In this document: piece after piece, positions 33,776-46,254 of the stretch
Numbering within the stretch: position 1 is the stretch's first letter
Layout: every line of letters begins with the position of its first letter
From: Rebecca billardiae RCC1528
Lineage: Eukaryota; Protista; Haptophyta
Assembly (NCBI GenBank): GCA_965240325.2
Contig: OZ251223.1
Span: forward strand, 4,216,001 to 4,280,000
DNA length: 64,000 nucleotides
Reading direction: 5' to 3'
Position numbers and translations under genes: made by a program
The notes under the pieces: model-generated
What the model was told of the DNA's origin: nothing
The model's input: the letters and a program-made list of their open reading frames with translations, nothing else
The model's database searches: none

Positions 33776-35476
33776 TCAGTCGTCGCCGGCGACGCTCTGC
33801 ACCGGCGGCGGCGCGCCGTCACTCGCCGGCGCCGCCAGCGCCGCCGCCGGCTTGGCGGCACCATCGAAGCGCAGTGAGAGCGCGAGCGTGAAGCCCGCCA
33901 CGAGCGCGAGGAAGTAGAAGGGCGCGTGGAAGTCGAGCGGGAAGGGCCACTCGTTGTGCGCGAACGCTGCGAAGAAGGAGCCCATCGCCGTCGGCGCGAG
34001 CGCGCGCGCGAGCGCGCTGATCGACTGCGCCAGCCCGTTCACCAGCCCGACGTGCGCGTGCAGCAGGTTGTTCATCAGCACGCTCACCGAGGTGAAGGCG
34101 GAGATGCCGGCGATGCCGCGCAGCACGGACACGCACGTCAGCGCGGACCACAGCGCGAGCGGCGAGCGCGCGCGGGCGACGCGCAGCGCGGGGATGCACC
34201 CCATCACCACGAAGAAGACGCACATGCCCAGCCGGAAGCACGCGACCGTGCCAAACCGCCGGTCGAGCCGGGTGAAGGCAAACGGCCAGACCAGCAGGCT
34301 CACGCCGAGCGGGGCGAGCGCCGTGCCCACCTGCGAGGGCTCGAGGCCGAGGCCGTGCTCCTCGTTGGCGCAGAAGAGCGGGAAGAGCTCCTGCATGCCC
34401 GACACGAGGAAGTTGAGGAAGAACTGCACGTAGATGCTGAACATGACGCCGCCGCACAGGAAGGCGCGCGCGGCCGGCCCGACGCAGCGCGCGCGCCGCG
34501 CGCCGCGCGCGCGCGCGTCGCGCCGCTTGAGCAGCGCGTCGTCGTCCTCGTCGGGCGGCGCGTTCGGCAGCGGCGCCAGCACGTCAGCCCGCGCCATCTC
34601 GATCGCCGCGTGCGGCGGCGGCGGCGAGGGCGGCGGCGACGGCGCGCCGCTGCGCCCGCCGCCGGGCGGCGGCTGCGCCTCGTCCGCGCCCACCTCCACG
34701 TCCGGCGGCAGCGGCGGCAGCGCGGCCTCCGCGCGCGCGGGCGGCGCGGGCTCGTCGGCCCGCTGCAGCGCGCGCGAAGCGGCGCGGTCGCCCGCGCGAG
34801 CGCTCCCGCGCGGCTTCGCCGCGCGCGGCGGCTCGCGCAGGAACCCGACGAAGCACAGCCCGACGACCGTGCCGGCCGTCGACGCGATACACGGCAGCAG
34901 GTATGGGTGGCGATCAAAGACGCTCCCGCGGAACAGGGAGGGCAGCGTGTCGGCGGGCTGGCTGAGCAGGCCGCCCATCGCCGGGCCGACCATCGCGCCG
35001 GCGCCGTATGCCACGCCGAGCACGGAGAAGCCGCGCGTGCGGTTGGACTCGCTCGTCATGTCGCGCATCGCCGCGCGCGCCACGCCCGTGTTGCCGTTGA
35101 GCAAGCCGCCCAGGCAGCGCGCGAGCATCGCGCGGCCGAGCGTCTTGCTCATGCCGAAGAGGACCATCGACGTCGCGGTGCTGACGAGCCCGACAATCAG
35201 GATCGGCCGCCTGCCGTGCACGTCCGACAGCCTGCCCCACACGAAGCTGCTCAGGAAGTTGCACGCGTTGTACGCGGACGCGAGCGCGCCCGCCCAGTAC
35301 CCGACCTCGTCGTCCGCGATGCCAAAGCTGGCGACCATGAAGGGCACGAAGGGGTAGAGGACGCACTGCACGATCGCGTCGCTCAGGGTCACCGCGCACA
35401 CGCAGAACACCTGCAGCCTCGGGAGCGCATCCTCGTCATCTACCGGGCGATTGCCTTCCGCCCGCGCTTCCGCCAT
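33776..35476 (-). CDS. MFS transporter (ZIFL/DHA1-like)
   Basis: Motif A WGRLSDVHGRRP, ARCLGGLLNGN, GPAMGGLL; 12 TM with Pro-rich central loop. Confidence 0.9.
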   Translation of the reverse strand: MAEARAEGNRPVDDEDALPRLQVFCVCAVTLSDAIVQCVLYPFVPFMVASFGIADDEVGYWAGALASAYNACNFLSSFVWGRLSDVHGRRPILIVGLVSTATSMVLFGMSKTLGRAMLARCLGGLLNGNTGVARAAMRDMTSESNRTRGFSVLGVAYGAGAMVGPAMGGLLSQPADTLPSLFRGSVFDRHPYLLPCIASTAGTVVGLCFVGFLREPPRAAKPRGSARAGDRAASRALQRADEPAPPARAEAALPPLPPDVEVGADEAQPPPGGGRSGAPSPPPSPPPPHAAIEMARADVLAPLPNAPPDEDDDALLKRRDARARGARRARCVGPAARAFLCGGVMFSIYVQFFLNFLVSGMQELFPLFCANEEHGLGLEPSQVGTALAPLGVSLLVWPFAFTRLDRRFGTVACFRLGMCVFFVVMGCIPALRVARARSPLALWSALTCVSVLRGIAGISAFTSVSVLMNNLLHAHVGLVNGLAQSISALARALAPTAMGSFFAAFAHNEWPFPLDFHAPFYFLALVAGFTLALSLRFDGAAKPAAALAAPASDGAPPPVQSVAGDD

Positions 35477-35686
35477 CGCGCATCTTCTGATGTCGTCGCA
35501 AGCCGGCGCCTGCCAACTCCAAACTCGCCAGCACAGTCCGGCGCCCCTGCCAAGCCGCAAGCGACACACGCACGGCTTTTCTCCGGACAAGCGGTTGATG
35601 CATCGAAACATTCAATTTCGAAAATCCGGCCGGGCAATTTGAACGGGCCCGTCCTCACGGTCGTCACGCCCGACTCCCCCGGCATC

Positions 35687-37287
35687 ATGGGGACCTCGGA
35701 GCAGCTGAAGCGCTCTATCCGGGAGGGTACGAAGAAGCAACAGGGCACGTTCGACGTGCCGACGTACATCACAATCTCAACCGTATGCCAAGCGCCTGCG
35801 CGACGCTTTTGCGCGCGCGGCGCTCTTTGCGGCCGCTCGGCGTACGCTCACGCTGCCAGCGCGCCGCTGCGCGCGCGCAGGAGAAGCTGAAGAATCCGTA
35901 CAACGATGGCGCGCCTGCTGCGCCGCGAGGCCCGCGCTGGCACGTGCCGAAGAAGTCGGAAGCCAAACAGCTCGGCCCAAGCCAACCCGAAGACAAAGGC
36001 CCGCCCGCCCCTCCCTTTATGACGGGCTCGCAGCTGGCGCGCACCGACAACACGTTTTCCACGGCCCGCTGGCGCCAGGTGATTGAGGTGCGCGCCGAGC
36101 GAGGGCGCGGGTGATCCGTGCGCCCCGCGCAGTGTCTCATTGTGCTGCTCGTGCCCGAACGCGTGGCCTCACCCTCCGCGCTCGCCGCGCCCCTTGCGCA
36201 GAGTGAGCGCCGCGCGTGGCGGGCGCACGGCGCGGGCGCGGTCGTGCCCCCGTACGCGCTGCACGACGAGGGCGAGGACGAGGCGCTGCCCGCGGCGGAG
36301 CTGGCGTACAGCGCGTACGACGGGGAGTACGCCACGCTGCCGCGCGCATTCTCCCACCCAGCGTCCACCGCCGAGCTCGAGCAGCGCATGCGCATGCCTG
36401 CGGAGGGCGCGCAGCCGCCGCCAGAGCTGGACTACGGCTACGGCTACGGCTACGGCTATGCACCGCTGCCGCACCAGCTGCCGCCGCAGCAGCAGCAGCC
36501 GCAGCAGCAGCCGCAGCAGCAGCCGCAGCAGCCGGCGCGTGGCTCGAATGCTCGGCTGGCGGGTGCGCGCACGCCGCGCGCGGCCGGGCGTCAGCCGGCG
36601 GCGCCGGCGGCGCGGCAGCCCAGGCGCGCGCGCTCTGCGGAGCGGCACCGGCCAGAGCCGGCGCTCCCCGCTGAGGCACCGCTCGGCGCGCCCGCGTACT
36701 ACGGCGGAGCGTCCGCCATGAGCATGGCCGCGGACGGCGCGTACGCTGCGCCGTGGGGCTATCAAGTTGTTCCGGCGCCCAGCGCACCCGCGTTCGCCTC
36801 CGCTCCCTACGCGATGCCCCGCGCCGTCACGGCCGCCGGCCCGCCCGGCGCCGGCCTCCCGCCGGGCGCAGTGCCAATCTATCTGCTGCCCGCGCAGGCC
36901 GGGCCCGCGCCACACCAGAGCGCGCGCGCGGCGCGGCGGCCGGAGCCCGGCATGACGTGGCCGCCCGGTGCGCTCGGCTACTACTACGCGAGCGCGCCGG
37001 GGTTTGCCCCGCCTGCGACAGGCGGCCCCGCGCCGCACGCCAGCCCGCGCGCGCAGACGCCGCCGCCGCACCGCGCGACGCGTGCGCAGCCGAGCGCCGG
37101 CCGCAACGGCATGCCCGCTGCGCACACGCTTCCCTTCGCCGGGCCGCCGCCGCAGCACGCGTACACGCCCGAGCTGTACGGCTACGCGCCGCACTACTAC
37201 CAGGTGATGCCGCAGGCGCAGCACATGGCGCCGCCCCCGGGCGTCGAGTGGGCCGCGTCGATGGCGCATCCGCCACAGCACCACTGA
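35687..37287 (+). CDS. Hypothetical protein with Pro/Gln/Tyr-rich low-complexity C-terminus
   Basis: Introns 35783-35880 and 36088-36201 join the frames (MGTSEQLKRS..PTYITIST/EKLKNPY..WRQVIE/SERRAW); GYGYGYGY and QQQP tracts. Confidence 0.65.
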
Positions 37288-38421
37288 CTCTGAGCAGTGA
37301 GCGTCACGGGCAGCGACGGGGCGCGGCAGGCGCCGGCAGGCCCCGGTGGTAAGCCTGTCGAGTGTCGCTCGAGGCTCAAGGGAGGCTACGGTCGTCACGG
37401 GGCGCGCACCCGTGGTGACCCGGCGAGTTCGTGATGGCGCTCGGAGGCGGGAGGGCGGTGCTGCAGGCCGCCCGCTCTGGCCCCACGTCGCGGACTCGCT
37501 GACGCGGACGCGATCCGGCGGGCCCTGGCGCCGGGCTGGCGCGGCTCTGCCTCTACTCTAGACGCGGACGACGGGCACTGCGACGCCGACGGGGGACGGG
37601 CGGACGTAGTCGTCAGACTCGCCACTCTAATGGAGTCTGGGGCCTGGCAGACGTCACTCATACTCGACACGCGCGCATCACCAGTGATGCCTGACACTGG
37701 CGGATGCCCGGGGACGGGTAATATATCGGCGGATATGGCTAACTCAGATCCCTCCAATAACTACTAGTAGAGACTGAGAGAGACAGAGAGAGATCAGTAA
37801 GAGTATAGTGAGCCTCTGCGCTCACTTCGTCTTATTCTGCCGCGCCGCGGTCAGGTCCCGGGCTGCGGCTGCGAATGGCGGCGGCTTTGACAAGTTCAGC
37901 CGCGCGCAGACAGGCCCAGGGTCAGGCGGCCAGAGCCCAGACCGAGCGACGAGCTGCACTCGTGAGAGTCAGTAGTGAGTGTCTTGATGACAAGTCAATA
38001 GTGACTCGACGACCGGATATTGGCGACTAGCTACGATGATGCGGCGCCAGAGTGAGAGTGCCTCCCGCCGGGCGGGGGAGTGCCCAATCAGTAATCACTG
38101 TTCACTCGCGGGGCCGAGGCTGACCTGAGACCTCCACAGTCCAAGGGACCGTCGAATAACGGCTCATCGGACTCACTGCTCGGTCAGCCGTGCGAGATGA
38201 CTTCAAGTTCATATAATAAGATGACCGGGCCGAGGCGGCGCGGTCAGCGGTGCGTTGGTCAACGAGGACTCATCGACATCGTCGCCATGTCACTCTCGCC
38301 ATGTGCGACATCACGCGGCGTCGCCCCCCCGGGAGAACGCGAGCAGATGCGCGTGGACGGTGGCCCAGCTGACCGCACGGCGGAGCTGCCGCCGCCCGCG
38401 CCACGCCCTCCCGCAGCACCC

Positions 38422-39813
38422 TCACGCCATCCTGCCGGGCGTGAGCGGCGGCGCCGGCGCCTGTCCCCACACGGCGTGCGCGAGGTCGCGGATGTGCGTG
38501 AACGCGCGCACGGCGCCGGGGGCCTCCGCCGGCTCGGGCGCGGGCGCGCCGGCGGCGTCCCGCGAGGCGTCGGGCTGGCTCGACGCCGTCGGCCGCTCCC
38601 ACCGCCCGTACACCGTGTCCGCGAACATGGGGAACGCGTGGATCCCCTGCGGGCACACGAACAGCTCCGTCTGCACTCCGTCCTCGGCCAGCCGGCGCGC
38701 GAACGCGCGCTGCTGCGCGTGCAGCTGCTCCATCGCGCCGCTGATGACGAGCGTGCGCGGCAGGCCGGCGAGCGAGGGCGCGTGCAGCGGCGAGACCAGC
38801 GGGTGCGTCAGCGCCGTCTCGCCCGCGTACGCCTCCGCGAACAGCGTCGCCAGCTCGGGCGGCAGGTAGTCAGACTCGCGCGCCGGATCCCACGAGGGCG
38901 TGTGCGTGTCCGAGAGGTCGACCCACGGGGAGATGAGGACGAGGCCGCCGGGCATGGGCAGGCCGAGCTCGCGCGCGCGCAGGCAGAGGCACGCCGCCAG
39001 GTTCGCCCCGGCCGAGTCCCCCGCCACCACCACCCGCCCCGCCGGCACCACGTCCAGCAGCCGCGTGAAGACGTCGACCACGTCGTCCAGCCCGGCGGGG
39101 AACGGGTGCTCGGGCGGCCGGCGGTAGCGGGTGGCGAGGACGGCGGCGCCGGTGACGCGCGCGATGTTGGCGGTGAGCGGGCGGTGCGTCGCCGCGTTGC
39201 ACAGCGCAAAGCCGCCGCCGTGCACGTACAGCACCAGCCGGCGCTCGGCGAACGGCGCGTCGAGCGCGGGCGGCACGCCGTCGTGCGCGCCGCCGAGGTG
39301 CGCGGGCCACACCCACTCGCCACCGCCGGCGGCGGGCGAGGCGGCGCACGTGGCGACGCCGCCGCCGCCGATGAGCGAGACCTGCAGGTGCCGGAGCAGC
39401 GGCAGCGCCGGCCCCACGTCCGTCACCAGCTGCAGCGCGCGCAGCGAGCGCGGCGCGTGCCGGCTGAGCTCCGAGAGCGTGTCCTTGAGCGCGACCATGC
39501 GCCGGTCGCCGTGGTCGGCGAAGCAGTAGGCGCAGGCGTGCGGGATCACGCCGGTGAGGAAGCGCACTGCGAAGCCGACCCACGCGCACGGCGCCTCCAC
39601 CACGCAGCGCACCACCGCCTTGGCGCACGAGACGCACGACTCGGTGTGCGGCACGGGCTGCACCAGGTGCGTCTCCGCCTCGCGCGCGCCGAGCAGCCGC
39701 GTGTACGCGAGGAGCTGGGTGCGCGCGTGCTCGGCGGCCTTCTCCGCCGCGCGCGCCTCGCACGCCGCGGCCGCCTCGAGCGGCGACACGCTCGCCACCG
39801 GCCCGGTGCACAT
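38422..39813 (-). CDS. Alpha/beta hydrolase, hormone-sensitive lipase/esterase family
   Basis: YVHGGGF, YRRPPEHPFPA, AGDSAGANL, LISPWVDL, GIHAF. Confidence 0.9.
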   Translation of the reverse strand: MCTGPVASVSPLEAAAACEARAAEKAAEHARTQLLAYTRLLGAREAETHLVQPVPHTESCVSCAKAVVRCVVEAPCAWVGFAVRFLTGVIPHACAYCFADHGDRRMVALKDTLSELSRHAPRSLRALQLVTDVGPALPLLRHLQVSLIGGGGVATCAASPAAGGGEWVWPAHLGGAHDGVPPALDAPFAERRLVLYVHGGGFALCNAATHRPLTANIARVTGAAVLATRYRRPPEHPFPAGLDDVVDVFTRLLDVVPAGRVVVAGDSAGANLAACLCLRARELGLPMPGGLVLISPWVDLSDTHTPSWDPARESDYLPPELATLFAEAYAGETALTHPLVSPLHAPSLAGLPRTLVISGAMEQLHAQQRAFARRLAEDGVQTELFVCPQGIHAFPMFADTVYGRWERPTASSQPDASRDAAGAPAPEPAEAPGAVRAFTHIRDLAHAVWGQAPAPPLTPGRMA

Positions 39814-41577
39814 CGGCCGCGCCCCCCCCCCCAAAGATGCGCACCTGGGCCCTGGCGGCTGCTCACCAGGCCTGCCACGGCTTCGTCGGCTCACGGCCGG
39901 CCGTGAAAGCGCGCAGCCGCCGCATCCGGGTTCGGCATCGTTTTAATCAGCTAAACAAGTACTAAAGTAGGATACTACGAGTGTGCCTGCTCACCCCTCA
40001 CTGCAGGGTGCAGACTCACTCAGAGACCCGTCCGTGAGGTCGAGCGTAGACATGTCCACGAGCTACTGGTCAAACCAGTAGTCTGTGGACGGGTCCATCG
40101 ACTCCACGTGGGGTATTTCAGATGGCTCGCTGTAACTGGGTCTCGGCTGAGAGCCACGCCCTGATCGAACTTCCCGTTGGGACACGAACACACGGGAGCA
40201 AGGTTCAAACCAGCCGTCGGCGAGCTCTTAGTCTTCACCAGCTTGGCCGCCGACGGTGAACCGTCAATCAGGTGCAAAGTTGACACTCCGGCCTTTTGAC
40301 CTCCCCTCGTCAGGGCCGCCGCGTAAGGGAAGTGGCCAAGACGACGGCCGGGCGGTTTCGCGGCGACGCGTTCATAGCTAGCGGTGCGCTGATGCCGATG
40401 ACTGCTCGTGGTCTCGTGACAGGTGAGGGTCACACGGTGTCGTCATCAGCGCCAGTGTTACGCGCCATGCGGTCAGCCCGCGCCGGGCCCGGGGCCCGGC
40501 GAAAGCCTGGCAGACGGCGGCATCGGCGCGGCCTAGACGACCGGCACCAACGCCGCCGCCGACAGAGCTATGGCCGAGTCGTGATACACTCGGTGGGACC
40601 TCGTCGCGGAGTCTAAATACTGAGTCTTGCGACCGCTCGGCCGTCGGCGTGACGGCGTCGGGGCCCGCGCCGGCGGTCAAGGCGGTCCGAGATGAAAGTG
40701 GCGACCGCCGTCAACCGCACCGCGCGCAGCATCATGATATCATCGCGTCATCATTCTTATTCGTTATCAATGCCGCCGCTGACGTTCAGGACGAATTTAT
40801 CCTCGACTTGGCCAGGCCCCCGCGTCCACCAGGTCCGTGGCCTCTTCTGGGCGCTGGACGCGCTGGTCCATCCACAGCTGGTAGCGCCCGCCGCCCGGCC
40901 GCCCCGGCCCGCCGCCCGCCGGGGGCGCACGGCCGAGGCGGCCCGGGCGGGCCGGGCCGGGCCCGGGGGGGGCCGCCGGTCCGCGCAGCTCAAAGTACTA
41001 ATAACTTTCAAAGCGCAGTAGATCGCGACGGCCAGCAGTGACGATGACAGCAAATACAGAGTCTCGTCACAGACGTCTAACAGAGTCATCCGCTCATCGA
41101 CTCATCGCGCGGCGTCACGGCGTCGCTCACGCTGTCGTGTCTGTCGTAGGATCGGGCATCGGCGTCATCATCCATATCAATATAATAATAAGACGAATAA
41201 ATCATCGTCTCACGTCGTCGTCTGACGGAGACTGACGTCACTGACGAGACGGACGGAGACGGCCGACTGCCCGACGAGACTCGAGGCGGCCAGGCGTACC
41301 GTCGCCGCGGCCAGGCGGGCGGGCCCGGCTGCCGGCTGCCGGCACGGGACACCGGACAGCGACGACGGCACGACGTACGGCCGCCCGGCCGGGTGCGGCC
41401 ACTACGCAGCTGCACGGCGCCAACAATAACGGCACCGACGGCGCCGACGGCGCCCACGCCCCCGCGCCGTGCCCACAAGGACGCGCGCACGCCTCGAGCG
41501 CACTCCCAAATCCAAACAAAGCGACAGACGACAGACAGCAGACAAGTCAGCAACACTCGGCCTCAGGTCTCGCTCCC

Positions 41578-42693
41578 TCACAGGCCAGACAGCAGCGCGT
41601 GCACCAGCATCAGCAGCGCCAGTGCGGCCGGGCCGAAGAAGGCGGGGAGCGCGAGCCCCGGCAGCTCGATGCGCACGCGCGCGTCGTCATCCTCCTTGCT
41701 CGCCACCACCTTTGAGAGCACAAACCAGCGCTCGGCCGCGCCGACGGCGAGGACTGGCGCTGCCCACGCCTCTGCGACGCCGCCGACGGACGGCACGAGC
41801 GTGAGCACCGAGCAGAGCGTCAGGTCGTGCACGGCGAAGAGCGCGTGCTCCGAGTGCTGGAACAGCGCGAGCGAGCTCTTATCCGCCGCGCCGAGCTTGG
41901 CCACCATCTCCAGCGGCACCTCGCCCGCCGCGTGCGACGGGTTGGTGATGGCGAGCGCGGCGGCGAGCACGCCGAGCACTGTCCAGCCGCGCGCATGCCG
42001 CAGCACGGTGAACGCCGAGAGGGTCGCGGTTGCGCTGGCGACGGCGAGCTTGACGGGCATCTCGCTCGCGGCCCACAGCGAGCGCGCCGCGCCCGCGAGC
42101 TCGAGCGCGCCCTCGCCCAGCGCCTCCGCCGAGAGGTCGTCGATGGTCGGGTGGACGCCGACGAGCGCGAGCAGCAGCAGCAGCAGCAGCGCCACGCCGC
42201 GCCACACGCCGACGGCGCGCGTGCACGCGAGGGCGTACGCGAGCGCGAGGAGGACGAGCATCGCCGGCCGCGACACGAACTTCTCGACATGCGCACGGTA
42301 CCCCCGCACCCGCGCGCCCAGCCCGTCGAGCACCGCGAGCGCCTCGGGGAAGCGCCGCTCGAGGTGCGCCCAGAGCGCGGACGCGTGCTCCTTGGCGTGG
42401 AGGTACGCGACGAAGGCGCCGACGCCGATGGGGTCGTCGAGGGCCCAGACGTCCACGGGCGGCACCTTCCGCTCGTACTTGCTCTCCACCTTCTTCAGCA
42501 GCTCCTCCTCCTTGCCCGAGTACTTCTCCACCAGCGACTCGACCTTCTCGAGCTGGCCGGGCGCGTGCTCGGTGTAGAAGGCGGTGAGCCGGTGGTGGAG
42601 CAGCCGCGCGCGCATGCTCGACTCCACGAGCGGGCCGGCGATCATGGCCGCCACCGCGACGACCACCGCCGTCACCAGAGCGGAGCGCAGCAT
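41578..42693 (-). CDS. Multi-pass membrane protein with a short helical FY..P..KY.G.EEEL..KY domain
   Basis: Hydrophobic N-terminus, LTAFYTEHAPGQLEKVESLVEKYSGKEEELLKKVESKY, several TM segments. Confidence 0.7.
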   Translation of the reverse strand: MLRSALVTAVVVAVAAMIAGPLVESSMRARLLHHRLTAFYTEHAPGQLEKVESLVEKYSGKEEELLKKVESKYERKVPPVDVWALDDPIGVGAFVAYLHAKEHASALWAHLERRFPEALAVLDGLGARVRGYRAHVEKFVSRPAMLVLLALAYALACTRAVGVWRGVALLLLLLLALVGVHPTIDDLSAEALGEGALELAGAARSLWAASEMPVKLAVASATATLSAFTVLRHARGWTVLGVLAAALAITNPSHAAGEVPLEMVAKLGAADKSSLALFQHSEHALFAVHDLTLCSVLTLVPSVGGVAEAWAAPVLAVGAAERWFVLSKVVASKEDDDARVRIELPGLALPAFFGPAALALLMLVHALLSGL

Positions 42694-42788
42694 CGTGCGA
42701 AGCGGCCCTGGTCCTGACGAGCGCGCGCTGCCGCCGTGCTTTGTTGTGCCAAGGGCGTTCCCGGGATCCTGCCACACGCTCCCGAAAA

Positions 42789-42815
42789 GCAAAGCCCCCC
42801 CTGGGGGGGCTTTGC
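42789..42815. promoter_or_regulatory. Perfect 13 bp inverted repeat in a divergent promoter region
   Basis: gcaaagccccccc-t-gggggggctttgc; function unknown. Confidence 0.45.
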
Positions 42816-43143
42816 CTTTTTCCGTATTCAATGTACCCGCTTCAAATGGACGAAGCCCGTTCCAATAGGAAGACGGCTCAATTTGGCGTATGACCGATGC
42901 GGGGAACGCCCCTGAGTTTGTCGACCGCCTGGACCCAACCGGCAGGACCGACGACGCGAGGCCGCCGCCGCGGAAGCACTGCGGCCACGGCGCGAAGCGG
43001 GATCTGAGGTGACGACTCCCTTGTCCGGCGGGCGGCCGCCGCCGGGAAACACGAAAGGCGGGAGCTCCAGACGAGCGGTCATTCGTGGAAGGAGGGGACG
43101 CCTCGCGCGCCGACATCGTCGGCTCCGCCCGACGCCGCTTGAC

Positions 43144-45686
43144 ATGGCGCCGCGCTGGCCGGGCTTGGCGCTGGTCGCCAGCTGTGCACTGCTCGCGCGC
43201 CCCGCCGAGGCCGACGGCACGGGCGCCCTCACCGTGTGCGTGCTTGAGGCGCGCGACCTGCTGATGCTCGACCCGACGCAGGACGCGCACCACAAGGGCC
43301 ACACGTACGACGACCCGAAGCCGGTGCTGCAGGTGGGCTCGCACGTCTGCTCGCTGGACACGCGCCACTCGCAGCACCCCACGTGGAGGCAGTGCTGCTA
43401 CTTTGGCCACCAGCCATCGGACGCGCTCGTCTCGATCAGGATCGTCGACAAGGTGCGGCCGCGCCGCGCGGCGCGTGGAGGCGGACGGCGGCGCGCGGCG
43501 CGTGCGCGCGTGGTCGCGCTCACGCGTGCACGCACGCACGACCCCGCCCGCGCCGCCCCTCCGCGCCGCGCAGGACGCGGTGGTCGACGACCTCTGCGGC
43601 GTCGCGTCCACGGCCGCGGGCAACGCGGGCGTGCACTGGCTGCCGCTCGAGCGGCTGGGCTCGAGCGCGGGCGAGGTGAAGGTGGAGGTGGGCTTCGAGG
43701 CGGACTCGCACCTCGCGCGCGCCTCGCTCTCCCAGCTCCGCGTCTTCGCCGGCGCGTCGCGCGGCCCCGCGCTGCCGCTGCAGCCCCCGTTCCGCCCCGA
43801 GATCTACGAGTACACGCTCGCGGTGGACGAGGAGGTGGAGACGGTGGGGGTGGAGGCGGTGGCGGCGGAGGTGTGCGGGCGGGGCGGGGCGTGCGAGGCG
43901 CCGCGCGTGGAGGTGCGCGCGGGCCGGCAGGACGCGCCCACGCCCTCCGACTTCATCCCGCTCTCGATGGGGCGCAACACGCTGCACGTGGTCGTGCAGC
44001 CGGGCGCCGAGCAGCGCGCCGCGCAGAGGCGCACGTACGTGCTGCACGTGCACAGGTGCGGGGGGCGCGCGCCGCCTCCCTGCGCGCGCGGTGCTGCACG
44101 CGCACAGGTGCAGGGGGCGCGCGCGGGAGGAGAGAGGGGCGCGCGCGCGCGGGGGGGGGGAGGCGCACGCGCGCTCAACACCCCGCGCACCCGCCTGCCC
44201 CCCGCGCCCGCGCGCGCGCAGGTCCGCGCCCGACGACGCGGCGCTGCAGCTGCTCGAGGTGGACGGGGTGCGCTTGGTGCCGCCGTTCGCGGCCGAGCGG
44301 CTGAGCTACTCGGCGGTGGTGCCGCACGGCACGGAGCGCGTGACGGTGCACGCGCGCACGCGGAGCGCGTTCGCCAGCATCAACGGGCAGGTGCTCGGCG
44401 CGCGCGACGCCTCGGACGCGTGGGCGCTCCACGTCGGCACCAACCTCCTCCGCCTCCTCGTGCTCGCGCAGGACGGCGTCACCCGGCGGCAGTACGAGCT
44501 GACACTGGCGCGGGAGGCGGAGCTGGGCGCGGTGCCGCTGCTGGAGGGGCTGCGCGTCGAGCCGGTGGGCGGGGGCGAGGTGACGGCGCGCGCGCGCAGG
44601 GCGGCCGAGCACGCGCTGCGCTTCGAGGCGCACGTCTCCGCCGACGTCGACGCCGTCACCGTCTCGCCGCGCTGGTCGGCCGCCGCCGGGCCCGCCGGCG
44701 CGCTGCGCGTGAACTCGCACCCGGCGGCGGAGGCGGCCGCCGAGCACTGGCCGCTGCAGCCGGGGCGCAACCTGATCCAGCTGCTCGTGTGGCGCGAGGG
44801 GCACGAGGCGGAGCGACAGCTGTACACGCTGCTGCTCACGCGCGACGCGGACGCGCGCGCCGCGCGCTCGCCGCTCGCCATCCCGTTCCCAGCGCCGCTG
44901 CACGAGCGCGGCGCGCGCGGCGGCGCGCGCGGCGGCGGCGCGCGCGCGGCGCTGCTCGTGCTCGCGCTGCTCGGCGTGCTCGCCGCGCTCGCGTACCTGT
45001 GCGTGCTGCGCAGCACGCGGCTGCGGCTCCTCCTCGTGGACAGGCTGCTGCCGCGCGAGGGCGCGGGCTCGCTGCGCTCCAGCCTCTGGCAGCTCGCCCC
45101 CTTCACCAAGCTGGAGGACGACGACGACGAGCGGCCGCCGCCCTCCTACCCGCGCAGCCCGGCGCGCGCGCAGCACTGGCGCGCGGACGAGGGCGAGGAG
45201 GCGGGCACGGGCGGCGCGCGCGCGGGGCGGCGCGCAGCACCCGATGGCGAGCTGGAGATGGGCATGCGCACACAGCCGCCCTCGGCCGGCGGCACCGCCA
45301 AGGTGGACGGCGCCGGAGCACCGAGCGCACAGCCGCGCGCGCACGCCAAGGCCGGGCCGTCGCCCCTCGATGGGAGCGGCAGCGGCAGCGGCCATGCCAA
45401 CCCCTTCCTCCCCGCCGAGCCTCCCGCCACCGGTGCTGCAGCCGTGTGGCACGAGTCGTCCACGGCCAGCGCCGAGGTGTACGCGCAGGGCCAGGCGCCA
45501 CCCGCCCATCCAGCTGACGGCAGCAGTGCCGCGGCGATGCCACACTCTGAGCCAGTCCACGCGCCGTCGTCGTCGGGCATGGAGGCGGGCTCTGGCGACG
45601 ACGGCACGGCGGCTCGGGCCGGCGCTGCCGATGAGCATAGCAGCATGCCGACGATGAGCTCACCTCCCTATGCCGGCCTGCAATGA
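43144..45686 (+). CDS. Type I membrane protein: signal peptide, C2 domain, three cadherin-like beta-sandwiches, TM, cytosolic tail
   Basis: Introns 43453-43573 and 44056-44221. C2 LTVCVLEARDL..DP..HPTW..IRIVDKD..DDLCG; repeats L..L.V..F....YE....V....L..G.N.....V...Y.L...R; NPF in the tail. Confidence 0.8.
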
Positions 45687-46254
45687 GATCGGTACGGATG
45701 GCGATGGCCGATCGGCATGTCGGCATGCGGAGTCAGACGGTGTATCATCAGCTGCTGCCATATGATGAGTTGAAACGACGGCGTTCATCAGCATCACTGC
45801 GGCAGCACTGTCATCATCGGCGGATCCGGTAGACTGGCACCGTCCCGGCCCGGGGCCGTGACTCGGCTCCGCGCCGTCCAGCGTCCTCGCACGCGGCCCG
45901 CCGGCCTGCGCCTGGCCGCCGATATTCGGATGATTATGATATTATTCGGCGCCTGTCCCGCTGTCCGCCGGGGCGTCAGTGTCCGCTGCGGACCGCTGGT
46001 CGTCCGCCACTGAATGCAGACGGCCCCCAGTGCCTCGGCTGCTGCTGGCTCCGAGCCCTCCAATCCGATGGTCCTCCGAGATGCCGAATACTCAAAAGAT
46101 ACGGCGCGTGATTCGCTGCCGTGCGTAGCGCTGCGAGAGCTGCGGCGGCGCGTGCAGCGCGCCATCAGCCACAGGGCCTCGTGAAGCCGGGGCGTGGCTG
46201 CACGAGCCTGCGCCATTGACAACCAAGTCTCCAACCGCACACGCCATCGGCGCA

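Noticed and set aside
40100-40200. B-box-like GTTCGATC on the minus strand as a tRNA
   Set aside because: Could not fold a cloverleaf
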